DNA of 64,000 nt from an uncultured delta proteobacterium. Lineage in GTDB: Bacteria > Myxococcota_A > UBA9160 > SMWR01. Made by a program: the position numbers and the translations under genes. The stretch spans positions 64,001 to 128,000 of the forward strand of contig CAWHTE010000003.1 in assembly GCA_963832165.1 (NCBI GenBank), in the 5' to 3' direction. Below, piece by piece: positions 31,672-40,989 of this stretch; the stretch's first letter is position 1; each line of letters begins with the position of its first letter. The notes under the pieces are model-generated. The model saw only the letters and a list, made by a program, of their open reading frames with translations, was not told where the DNA came from and did not search any database.

Positions 31672-32328
31672 TCATCTGACTCCCCAGCCGCGGAGTCGAT
31701 CTTCGAGGGAAGCCCTCTCAGCGGTGAGATCGAATGATTCGGGCTCGATCGCGTCGGGAAGCCCTTCTTCGCTCCGCACGAACATGGTCAGCACGAAATT
31801 CCTGCGCTTGTCCCCCCGCGCAGCGCGCGGGACGTAGCTGATCGCCATCAGAGTTTCGGGAGCGATCTTCCAGACGGCCATGAAGTACTCAGCACTCGGG
31901 TTCTGCCACTGAGCCGACATCGAAAGGGGTTTGCCCCAGGTCTCCGCGGCGGCTCGGAGCTTCCGCTCGATCGCCGCATCGAGCACCTCGGGAGGGTACG
32001 TGTCCCCGTAGTAGACGGTCTGCAGGGCGGGCGGCTCGCCCGATACGAGATAGACGATGCCGCGTTGCTGATTCTCAGATTCGGCTACCTCGAAGAAGAT
32101 CGCGGGAAACTTCGTTTGATCGACCTCGTCGTCGACGATGCCATCGCCGCGGAGCTCGACGAGCTCATCCCGCGTCATGCCGAGTTGCAATCCGCGGACC
32201 GCTGGGATCATGAAATCCGCCGAGATCGAGCCTCCAGACAGGAGTCGACAGCTCACGAGATACACCAGCAGGCATCCGCCGATCGCAGCGGCACGGACGA
32301 GCGCGAATCGATCCGGAGATTTCCTCAA
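31672..32328 (-). CDS. Hypothetical putative lipoprotein coupled to the RAYT gene
   Basis: TTG at 32328 overlaps the transposase TGA; basic N-terminus, hydrophobic stretch and LVSC lipobox-like motif; visibly lower GC than the flanks. Confidence 0.55.
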   Translation of the reverse strand: MRKSPDRFALVRAAAIGGCLLVYLVSCRLLSGGSISADFMIPAVRGLQLGMTRDELVELRGDGIVDDEVDQTKFPAIFFEVAESENQQRGIVYLVSGEPPALQTVYYGDTYPPEVLDAAIERKLRAAAETWGKPLSMSAQWQNPSAEYFMAVWKIAPETLMAISYVPRAARGDKRRNFVLTMFVRSEEGLPDAIEPESFDLTAERASLEDRLRGWGVR

Positions 32329-33032
32329 GCGGATCTCCGCGCGAACACGGGACCGCCCGGTATCTCGTCCGGACCGAGGAGTCCGCATCGCCTCCAGCCC
32401 GCTGACAGCAGCCAGGTTCGTGGCGGTGAGACGGCCCGTCCGTTGGTCGACACCAACGTGGACGCGAAACTCCGAGACCACCCATCGAACCAGCGACCGG
32501 AAGACGCCGGATCGATTCGGACCGACCGTGGGAGCGCACGACCAGACTTGGCGGCGTGTCGGCGCGCGTTGAGCAGCACGTACGACAGTGCATTCCGCAC
32601 CTCGCGCGGCGTGCGCAGTGCGCGCACGTGATAGCGATCCGCGAGCACGGCGCCCGAGCGGCGGAACACCCGGTTGACGGCTCTCGCGAGCCGCGCGCCG
32701 AGCGATTTCATCCCTCGCCCGAGTGCGCTCCGGTCTTCGGCCTCGACGATCAGATGCGCGTGATCTGCCTGGATCGAATAGTGAACGAGGCGGAAGTCTC
32801 CGCGATCGCAGCACCCGGCGAAGCTCTGCTCGAGCTCGTGCACGAGGCGCGCACTGCGCAGTGAAGGCACTCCGGAGCGAACCTTTAGAGTCACGTGGCA
32901 GGGGAAGCGCTCCGCAACGCCTTCGCGCGGGCGGTGCCGGATGCGCGGTTTCGGTCCGGGCCGACGTCCGCCTCTGTGCTTGCGCCCGGTCCAGCGTCGA
33001 TCGAGCTCCAGCTGTGCGATTCTATGTCCCAT
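32325..33032 (-). mobile_element. REP-associated tyrosine transposase (RAYT; Y1/IS200-like HUH)
   Basis: PCHVTLK, VHYSIQADHAHLIVEA (HUH), RAVNR...GAVLADRYH, ALSYVLLNARRH (catalytic Tyr), DPASSG.WFDGW; no tnpB. Confidence 0.85.
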
Positions 33033-33040
33033 AAATGTGT

Positions 33041-33069
33041 ATGTTAGGGCGATGTTCTGGATTTGTCAA
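33041..33069 (-). promoter_or_regulatory. Sigma70 promoter of the RAYT gene, probably leaderless
   Basis: TTGACA-N17-TAACAT ending 8 nt before the ATG; no SD. Confidence 0.7.
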
Positions 33070-33087
33070 GAGTGCGTGCGTTCCGAA

Positions 33088-33185
33088 GTCGGATTCCGAC
33101 GCCCGACCACTCCTCGAAGCGGCTTTCCCGGCGCTGCCGCGGACTCGCAGGTCCCTCATCGGCACCTCTACTAGCGGTCGGGCGT
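33088..33185. repeat. Inverted repeats upstream of RAYT
   Basis: GTCGGA-T-TCCGAC (33088-33100); ACGCCCGACC (33099-33108) pairs with GGTCGGGCGT (33176-33185). Confidence 0.45.
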
Positions 33186-34696
33186 GAGTGCGGCGAGAAT
33201 CCGCGCCGTGAAAGTGCCCCGCGTGAAGCCGGTGCCGCTCTTTGTCGGCCTCGTTCTGTTCGCGCTTCCGCTCGTGCTTCGACACCGAGCTGTCGAACTG
33301 GGGCGAGCACGGGGCGCAGCCCGCACTCGCTGCGGGGCTGACGCTGCTCATGGCGACGTGGTGGATCACCGAGGCGCTTCCGATCGCGTGGACCGCGTGC
33401 GTGCCGCTGCTCGTGCTGCCGTTCGCCTCGGTATACGGCGCGAACTTCGCCGAGAATCTCTGGGGCGCGTTCGCGCCCTACGTCGATCCCTACATCTTCC
33501 TGTTCCTGGGCGGCATGGGCATCGCGGCCGCGATGCAGCAGTGGGGCCTGCACCGCCGCATCGCGCTCCAGGTGATGCGCGTCGTCGGCACCGATGCGCG
33601 GCGTCTCTTGTTCGGCCTGCTGCTCGCGACGGCCACCGTGTCGCTGTGGATCTCGAACACCGCGACCGCGGCGATGATGTTCCCGATCGGCCTCGCGCTG
33701 ATCGCCGAGTTCGAGCGCGAGAGCGGTAGACGACTCGCGCGCTATGGCGCCGCGCTGATGCTCGCGGTCGCCTACGGCGCGAACGTGGGCGGGATCGGCA
33801 CGAAGATCGGCACGGTGCCGAGCGCGCAGCTCTCGGGCTTTCTCGCGCAGCGCGGCGTCGAGGTCTCGTTCCTCGAGTTCGCGTCGATCGGCATTCCGTT
33901 CGTGCTGCTCTTCCTGCCGATCGTGTGGCTCGCGCTGTGGCGGATCGGGCGCGTCGACGCACCCGCCGAAGAGGACGGCCAGCGCGCGCTCGCAGGCGAG
34001 GGCGCACGGCTCGGCGCGATGCAGCGCGCCGAGCGGATCGTGCTGGGCGTCTTCCTCGTCACCGCGGCGGTGTGGGTGATGGGCAAGCCGATCACGGATG
34101 CGCTGCGCGCGCGCGGGCTGCCCGACCTCGCCACCGCGCACGTCGAGGCGGCCATCGCGATGCTCGCGAGCCTCGTGCTGTTCACGTGGCGCTCCGATCG
34201 CCGGCGCGTGCTCGAGCCCGCGTCGCTGCGCTTCGTGCAATGGGAGACGCTCGTGCTGCTGGGCGGGGGCTTCTCGCTCGCAGCGTGCATCCAGGCGAGC
34301 GGGCTCTCGCACTGGCTCGGCGCGCAGCTCGAGGCGCTGCGCGCGGCGCCGCCGTTCGCGCAGGCGGTAGCCGCGAGCGTCGTGACCGTGACGCTCTCGG
34401 CGTTCGCCTCGAACGCGGCGACCATAGCCGTGATGCTGCCCGTGCTCGGGGTCAGCGTCGCGCCCGAGCACGCGACGGCGATCCTGTTCGCGGCCACGTT
34501 CTCGGCCTCGTGCGACTTCGCGCTGCCGGCCGGCACGCCGCCCAACGCGATCGTGTTCGGATCGGGCTACCTCACGATCCCGCTGATGGCGCGCACGGGG
34601 GTGCTGCTCGACCTCGCGGCCGCGCTGTGCGCGGCGACGTGGTGCTGGTTTGCCGTGCCACTCCTTCTATCTTCCGCGGCCGGAGGGGGACCCTGA
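33184..34696 (+). CDS. SLC13/DASS family sodium:dicarboxylate/sulfate symporter (frameshift at ~33278; start uncertain)
   Basis: WWITEALPI, SLWISNTATAAMMFP, GGIGTKIGTVPS, SNAATIA, FALPAGTPPNAIVFG. Confidence 0.88.
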
Positions 34697-36883
34697 TGCG
34701 CGGACTCCGCATGGTCGGCTGGGCGGCCGCGGCGCTCGCGGGCGCGGGCGCGCTCGCGGTGATCGCCACCGCGCGCGGCGAGGCGATCTCGAGCGCGTGG
34801 TTCCTGATCGCGGCGATATGCCTCTACGCGCTCGGCTACCGCTTCTATTCGGGCTTCCTCGCGCGGCGCGTGTTCGCGCTCGACGCGGGGCGCGCGACGC
34901 CCGCGCACCGGCTGCGCGACGACAAGGACTACGTGCCGACGAACCGCTGGGTGGTGTTCGGCCACCACTTCGCGGCGATCGCGGGGCCGGGCCCGCTCGT
35001 GGGGCCGATCCTCGCCGCGCAGTTCGGCTACCTGCCCGGCACGCTCTACATCCTGATCGGCGTCCTGATCGGCGGCGCGGTGCAGGACTTCACGATCCTG
35101 GTCGGATCCATGCGCCGCAACGGCAAGTCGCTGGGCCAGATGGTGCGCGAGGAGATCGGCCCGCTCGGCGGCGCAGCCGCGCTCGTGGGCGTGCTCGCGA
35201 TCATGATCATCCTGATCGGCGTGCTCGGGCTCGTCGTGGTGAACGCGATGTTCGGCAGCCCGTGGGCGACTTCGACCGTGGCCGCGACGATCCCGATCGC
35301 GATCGCGATGGGCCTGTACATGACGCACTTGCGGCCCGGCCGCGTGCTCGAGGCGACCGTCTTCGGCGTCGCGCTCGTGGTGTTCGCGGTCTTCGCGGGC
35401 CGCTGGGTCGACGAGAGCGCGGCGCTGCGCGTGTTCTTCGACCTCGACAAGAAGACGCTCGCGCTGTCGATCATCGCGTACGGCTTCACCGCGAGCGTGC
35501 TGCCGGTGTGGCTGCTGCTCGCGCCGCGCGACTATCTGTCCGCGTTCATCAAGATCGGCACGGTCGCGATGCTCGCGATCGGCCTGCTCGTGGTACACCC
35601 GCCCGTGCAGCTGCCCGCGCTCACGCAGTTCATCGACGGCAGCGGCCCCGTGTTCTCGGGGAAGCTCTTCCCGTTCTGCTTCATCACGATCGCGTGCGGC
35701 GCGATCTCGGGCTTCCACGCGCTGATCTCCTCCGGCACCACGCCCAAATTGCTCGACCGCGAGACCGACGCGCGCATGATCGGCTACGGCGCGATGCTCA
35801 TGGAGAGCTTCGTGGCGATCATGGCGCTGCTCTCCGCGGCCGTGATGGATCCGGGCGTCTACTTCGCGATCAACTCGCCCGCGGCGCTGATCGGCACCAC
35901 GGTCGAGAGTGCCGCGAGCACGATCACGAGCTGGGGCTTTGCGCTCGCACCCGAGACGCTCGACACGCTCACGCGGCAGATCGGCGAGCACACGCTGCTC
36001 TCGCGCACGGGCGGCGCGCCGAGCCTCGCCGTGGGCATGGCCGAGATCTTCTCGCAGGCGCTCGGCGGCGATGCCGTGAAGGCGGTCTGGTACCACTTCG
36101 CGATCATGTTCGAGGCGCTGTTCATCCTGACCACGCTCGATGCGGGCACGCGCGTCGGGCGCTTCATGGTGCAGGACCTGCTCGGCAACGCGTGGGCGCC
36201 GCTCGGGCGCACCTCGTCGCTGTCCGCGAACGTGCTCGCGTCGGGGCTGATCGTCGCGGGCTGGGGCTATTTCCTGTACCAGGGCGTGGTCGATCCGCTC
36301 GGTGGGATCAACACGCTGTGGCCGCTGTTCGGGATCGCGAATCAGCTGCTCGCGGCGACCGCACTCACGCTCGCCACGACGATCCTGATCAAGTCCGCGC
36401 GTCCGGTCTACGCGTTCACCACGCTCGCTCCGCTCGCGTGGCTGCTCTCGGTCACGATGACGGCCGGGCAGTCAGAAGATCTGGGACCCCGATCGGCGGA
36501 TCGGCTTCCTCGCGCAGGCCGATCATCTCGCGGGCCAGATCGCCCAGGGGCTCGTGGCGCCCGAGAAGCTTGCCGAGACGAAGGTGCTGATCTTCAACAA
36601 CCGGCTCGACGCCGCGATCACGGGCGTGTTCATGGTGCTCGTCGCGATCGTCGTGCTCGACGCCGCGCGCGTGTGGTGGCGCACGCTGCGGCCGGGCGGC
36701 GGCATGGCGCCCGATGCGATTCCGATCCCGGTCGTCGAGGGACCCACGCCCGCGCCCAGCGGCGCGACGCTGTCGCGCGCACTGCGCGGATTCGCGCGCG
36801 GGTTCACGGGGCTCGTCCCTTTGCGCGGTGACATCCGGCGAGCGCTCGAGCAACGGTCGGCCCAGCGCAAGAGTTGCTGCTGA
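34696..36883 (+). CDS. cstA: Carbon starvation protein A (peptide/pyruvate transporter), frameshift at ~36470, with C-terminal ...KSCC tail
   Basis: FGHHFAAIAGPGPLVGP, PVWLLLAPRDYLS, ITIACGAISGFHALISSGTTPK, LFILTTLDAGTRVGRF, LWPLFGIANQLL, IFNNRLDA. Confidence 0.92.
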
Positions 36884-36970
36884 CACTCAGTCAGGCCGCC
36901 GGTATCCCGAGCCGCGGCTGGCGGTTAGTCGAGGTTTTGCACAACGGAATCGGCCGGCGGATTAATTTGG

Positions 36971-36995
36971 CGACTCGAAGTTTCGATTCGAGTTG
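36971..36995. promoter_or_regulatory. Palindromic operator-like site upstream of the PEP-CTERM gene
   Basis: CGACTCGAA-N7-TTCGAGTTG with AATTT/AAATT flanks in an AT-richer intergenic region. Confidence 0.35.
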
Positions 36996-37060
36996 AAATT
37001 GCCTAGCAGAACCGCGTAGGTTAATGCGCCTGCAACACCTTGTTGGGAAGGGGTTTGTCG

Positions 37061-37714
37061 ATGCGGAAGCAGTCGCTGTCTATTTCGGGGAAGAGGTTGT
37101 GGCTCGTCGGCGCGTCGATCGCGCTATTCGCGCAACAGGCCGCCGCGCTGTCGCTGGACGTGGACGGGCGGACGGTGCAGGTCACGAACTGCTTCGACGA
37201 AGTTTGCGGGGGCGATAGCGCCTTCCCGGGAGCCGCGTTCGCTGCGTTCAACGACTCGGCGACCGTTGGGAGCCTCGTCGCGAATCAGAACACGACGGTG
37301 AGCACGAGCGCGATGAGCGGCACCGTCGATGTAGTGCTCGACACGCCGCAGCCGGACTCGAACTTCGCGAGCTCGCTGTTCGACGTCGCGTTCACGGCCG
37401 GCGCTGCGGAGCTGTACTCGTTCACGGGTACCGCAGCCGCGAGCGGCCCCACGGACATCCTCGCGGGTCTGTTCGACATCACCACGAACACCCTGATCTT
37501 CTCGTTCACCACGGCGGGACCCCACAACTCCGCGGGTGCGTTGACGTCGGGCGACCAGTACCTGCTGCGCGTCTACTCGAACCTGTTCGGCGAGGGATCC
37601 GCGGGCTGGGATTTCGAATTCACGGTCGGCAGCAACGTGCCCGAGCCCTCGACCGCCACGCTGCTGGGGCTCGGGCTGCTCGGGCTGGCGATCCGGCGCG
37701 GACGCCGCGCGTAG
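37061..37714 (+). CDS. PEP-CTERM sorting domain protein
   Basis: Signal peptide, Ser/Thr/Gly-rich beta region, VPEPSTATLLGLGLLGLAIRRGRRA. Confidence 0.9.
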   Translation: MRKQSLSISGKRLWLVGASIALFAQQAAALSLDVDGRTVQVTNCFDEVCGGDSAFPGAAFAAFNDSATVGSLVANQNTTVSTSAMSGTVDVVLDTPQPDSNFASSLFDVAFTAGAAELYSFTGTAAASGPTDILAGLFDITTNTLIFSFTTAGPHNSAGALTSGDQYLLRVYSNLFGEGSAGWDFEFTVGSNVPEPSTATLLGLGLLGLAIRRGRRA

Positions 37715-37827
37715 TCGTTTCGTTCCCGCGCTGACGCAGAGAGAGGCGCAGCTGCTCGGATTCTGAGCAGCCGCCCCGACTTCCTTGGGCAGTCCCAGGA
37801 TGCCCGCGCGCTTCACGCGCCGGTAGT

Positions 37828-37843
37828 TGGCACCGCATTTGCT
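37828..37843 (+). promoter_or_regulatory. Sigma54 (-24/-12) promoter
   Basis: TGGCAC-CGCAT-TTGCT exact consensus, 27 bp before the WS/DGAT GTG. Confidence 0.75.
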
Positions 37844-37870
37844 CCTTGCCTCGCGCGGGGAGGACCGCGC

Positions 37871-39446
37871 GTGGCTCGTTATGCCTACGAACGACTGTCC
37901 GCACAGGACGCCACGTTCCTGTGGGCCGAGCGCGAGAACGCGCCGATGCACGTGGGTGCGGTCGCGATCTTCGAGACCGGACCGCTGCGCAACGCGGACG
38001 GCGGCGTCGATTTCGCGCGCTACCGCGGGCGCGATCGAGTCGGTGCTGCACTGGATCCCGCGCTACCGCCAGAAGCTCGCGTGGACGCCGCTCGAGGGCT
38101 GGCCGGTGTGGGTCGACGACCGCCACTTCGACATCGGCTACCACCTGCGCCACCTCTCGCTCGCGCGCCCGGGCACGCTCGCGCAGCTGCGCGAGCTCGC
38201 GAGCCGGATCCTCGCGCGCCCGCTCGACCGCTCGCGCCCGCTCTGGGAGATCTGGGTGATCGAAGGGCTCGAGGGCGGCGACCAGTTCGCGCTGCTCAAC
38301 AAGGTCCACCACTGCATGATCGACGGCGCCGCGGGCGCGAACATCTCGCAGATCCTGATGTCGCCGTCGCCGAACGCCGCGATCGATCCGCCGATGGCGT
38401 ACATGCCGCGCCCCGAGCCGACCGGCACCGACCTCCTGCTCGATGCGCTGCGCGACCGCGTGCGCCGCCCGGTCGCGGCGCTCCAGGCGCTCTCGGAGAT
38501 CGTCTCGACGCCCGAACGCGTGAGCGGTGCGCTCGGCGAGGCGCTGCGCCGCGCGCGCTCGCTCGGCGATCTGCTCGGCTACATCGCGCCCGCGTCCGCG
38601 ACGCCGATCAACGGCGAGCTGAGTCCGCACCGGCGGCTCGACTGGCTCACGATGCCGCTCGCCGACCTGCTCGAGCTGCGCGCCGTGCTCGAGTGCACGG
38701 TGAACGACCTCGCGCTCGCGGTCGTGGCGGGCGCGCTGCGCCGCTATCTGTTCCGCCGCCGCGTCGACGTCGCCTCGCTCGAGTTCCGCGTGGCCACGCC
38801 GGTGTCGACGCGCACCCAGGCGGACGAGCAGCGCCACGGCAACCACGTGTCGACCTGGATCCTCTCCCTGCCGCTCGCCGAGCCCGATCCGCTCGCGCAG
38901 CTCGCGCTCGTGTGCGAGCGCACCGCGGAGCTCAAACGCACCAACGCGGCGCTCGGCGCGGACACGGTGATGAAGCTCGCCGAGTGGCTGCCGACGCCGC
39001 TCGTCGAGCGCGGCACAGCGCTCGCCAACGGTCCGATCAACTCGGTCGTCACGAACATTCCTGGGCCGCAGTTCCCGCTCTACGTCGTGGGCTCGCGGCT
39101 GCTCGGGATGTACCCGGTCGTGCCGCTCCTGCCCGGCGTCGGGCTCGGAATCGCGCTCTTCTCCTACGACGGGAAGCTGTGCTGGGGGTTCAACGCCGAC
39201 TACGAGCTCGTACCGGACCTGCACGCGTTCCACGACGACGTGTGCGCGGCGTTCGAGCAGCTCCGCGCCGCCGCGGTCGCGCGCTACATGCAGAAGCGCA
39301 CGGCGAAGGCGGAGGTCGAGATCGAGGTCGAGGTTGCCGGAGCGAGAAGCCGAAGCCGCGCCGCGCGCCGCGGTGCCGGAACTCGAGCGAAGGGGAGCGC
39401 TCGCGGCCGCCGGAGACTCTGCGGCCTGATCACTCCGACTCGATGA
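37871..39446 (+). CDS. Wax ester synthase/diacylglycerol acyltransferase (frameshift at ~38028; 3' end uncertain)
   Basis: ERLSAQDATFL...PMHVG, LDRSRPLWE, HHCMIDG catalytic motif, TVNDL, VTNIPGPQFPLY. Confidence 0.9.
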
Positions 39447-40128
39447 AGCGGTAGCCGACGCCCTGCTCGTTGGCGATGAAGCGCGGATGACTCGGGTCGT
39501 CCCCGAGCTTCTCGCGCAGCTGCGCGACGTACACGCGCAGGTACTGCACGTCGTTCTCGTGTCCGCGCCCCCAGATTTCGCTCAGCAGCTGCTTGTGGGT
39601 CACCACGCGCCCCACGTGCATCACGAGCACGCGCAGCAGCTCGAACTCCTTGCGCGAGAGCTTGATCGGTGAGCCCGCGAGCGCGGCGCGGCGCCGCGCG
39701 ACGTCGAGCTCGAGCGGGCCGACCCGGTGCACCGACGCGTCCTCTCGCGCGCGCGGCCGGTCGCGCAGCAGCGCGCGCACGCGCGCGAGCAGCTCGGGCA
39801 TGCTGAACGGCTTCACGACGTAGTCGCTGCCGCCGAGGTCGAGCGCGCGGACCTTCTCGGCGGCCGAGCTGCGGCCGGAGACGACGAGGATCGGGACGCG
39901 GCTCCAGAGGCGGACCTCGGCGATCAGCTCGCGACCGTCGCGATCGGGCAGGCCGAGGTCGAGGATCACGAGATCGGGATCGGCCTCGGCGCACTGCGCG
40001 ATGCCCGACGCCGCATCGAGGGCCTCGAGCACCTGGTATCCGTGCGACTCGAGCCCGCGGCGCAGCAGCTGCCGGATCGGCGCCTCGTCGTCGACGACGA
40101 GCACCCTCGGTCCCAGGGCACTTTGCAC
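39430..40128 (-). CDS. OmpR-family response regulator, KdpE-like
   Basis: LVVDDE, ILDLGLPDRDG, KPF, VVTHKQLL.EIWG...YLRVYVAQLREKLGDDP...GVGYRF. Confidence 0.88.
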   Translation of the reverse strand: MQSALGPRVLVVDDEAPIRQLLRRGLESHGYQVLEALDAASGIAQCAEADPDLVILDLGLPDRDGRELIAEVRLWSRVPILVVSGRSSAAEKVRALDLGGSDYVVKPFSMPELLARVRALLRDRPRAREDASVHRVGPLELDVARRRAALAGSPIKLSRKEFELLRVLVMHVGRVVTHKQLLSEIWGRGHENDVQYLRVYVAQLREKLGDDPSHPRFIANEQGVGYRFIESE

Positions 40129-40274
40129 CCGTCGGCGGCGTCGTATCGTCGCAACCGCGCGGTGAGACTGACCCGGAACGGCGGTCGGTGCAGTCATCTC
40201 GCGCGCCAGCCTAACTTTATGTGTTCTTTACGGCAAGTGGCGTTTAACAGGGATAAATCCGAATAGAACCTTTA

Positions 40275-40340
40275 TGCCCGCGGGTCATAGGGTTTTCCGA
40301 CTCGGAGAGCCCTGTGTCTCCGGGAAAAAGAGCGTGGGCA
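40275..40340 (+). promoter_or_regulatory. Candidate structured 5' leader RNA of the tonB operon
   Basis: Outer stem TGCCCGCG/CGTGGGCA encloses a 14-bp hairpin (40286-40316); all four non-Watson-Crick pairs are G-U on the + strand. Confidence 0.45.
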
Positions 40341-40347
40341 CAACACT

Positions 40348-40989
40348 TTGTCGGGTCTTCGACTACCGATCTCGTTCGTCCTGGCCCTGGCCTTCACAGT
40401 TTCCATGTTCTGGGTCCTGGGGCTCATGATTTCCCAGCGCGAGGTACCGGATACGGTGCTGGCGATCCCGCGGATCGACTTCTCGCGCCTGGTCCGGGAC
40501 TCGGACACCCAGGAGATCGCCCGGGTAAAGCCCGAGATCAAGAAGATCGAGCCGCCGCCGAGCCCCCAGAACGTCTCGACCAATACCAAGGCGAGCGTCG
40601 CCGCGGGCCTGGATCAGAGCAATCTCGCGCCGGCCGGCGTCGACTTCGGCGGATCGGGCGAGGGCGGCCTGCGCCAGGGCGGCGCTCCCGCCGTGGCCAT
40701 GTCGGGCGGCTCCGACCGCGGTCCGGTGCCTCAAGTCCGGATCGAGCCCGATTACCCGCCGCAGGCGAAGGACCGCAGCATCGAGGGTTGGGTGCTGTTC
40801 CGGTACACGGTCACGAAGGAAGGCCGGGTCAAGGACGTCGTGATCGTCGACGCCCAGCCCAAGGGGATCTGGGATCGCAACACGATCCGCGCGGTCCAGA
40901 ACTGGCGCTTCCAGCCCGCGCTCAAAGACGGCAAGCCGATCGAGACGGTGGGCATGCAGACCAAGTACGTCTTCGAAATGGAGCGCTGA
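40348..40989 (+). CDS. tonB: Energy transducer TonB
   Basis: N-terminal TM, Pro-rich linker, RIEPDYPPQA...IEGWV...VTKEGRV...WRFQP. Confidence 0.9.
   Translation: MSGLRLPISFVLALAFTVSMFWVLGLMISQREVPDTVLAIPRIDFSRLVRDSDTQEIARVKPEIKKIEPPPSPQNVSTNTKASVAAGLDQSNLAPAGVDFGGSGEGGLRQGGAPAVAMSGGSDRGPVPQVRIEPDYPPQAKDRSIEGWVLFRYTVTKEGRVKDVVIVDAQPKGIWDRNTIRAVQNWRFQPALKDGKPIETVGMQTKYVFEMER

Noticed and set aside
32325..33032. IS200/IS605 element with TnpB or an omega-RNA system
   Set aside because: No RuvC/zinc-finger TnpB or IscB ORF is adjacent; the downstream ORF looks like a lipoprotein.
36881..36928. Selenocysteine readthrough of the TGA after KSCC
   Set aside because: The CC motif is already complete before the TGA, and I cannot identify a convincing SECIS. 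The hairpin may be a terminator.
39340..39420. Fourth copy of the mini-hairpin repeat at the WS/DGAT 3' end
   Set aside because: Only the partial match CGAGCGAAG is present, without the CGCGCAGCGAG arm or the paired core.
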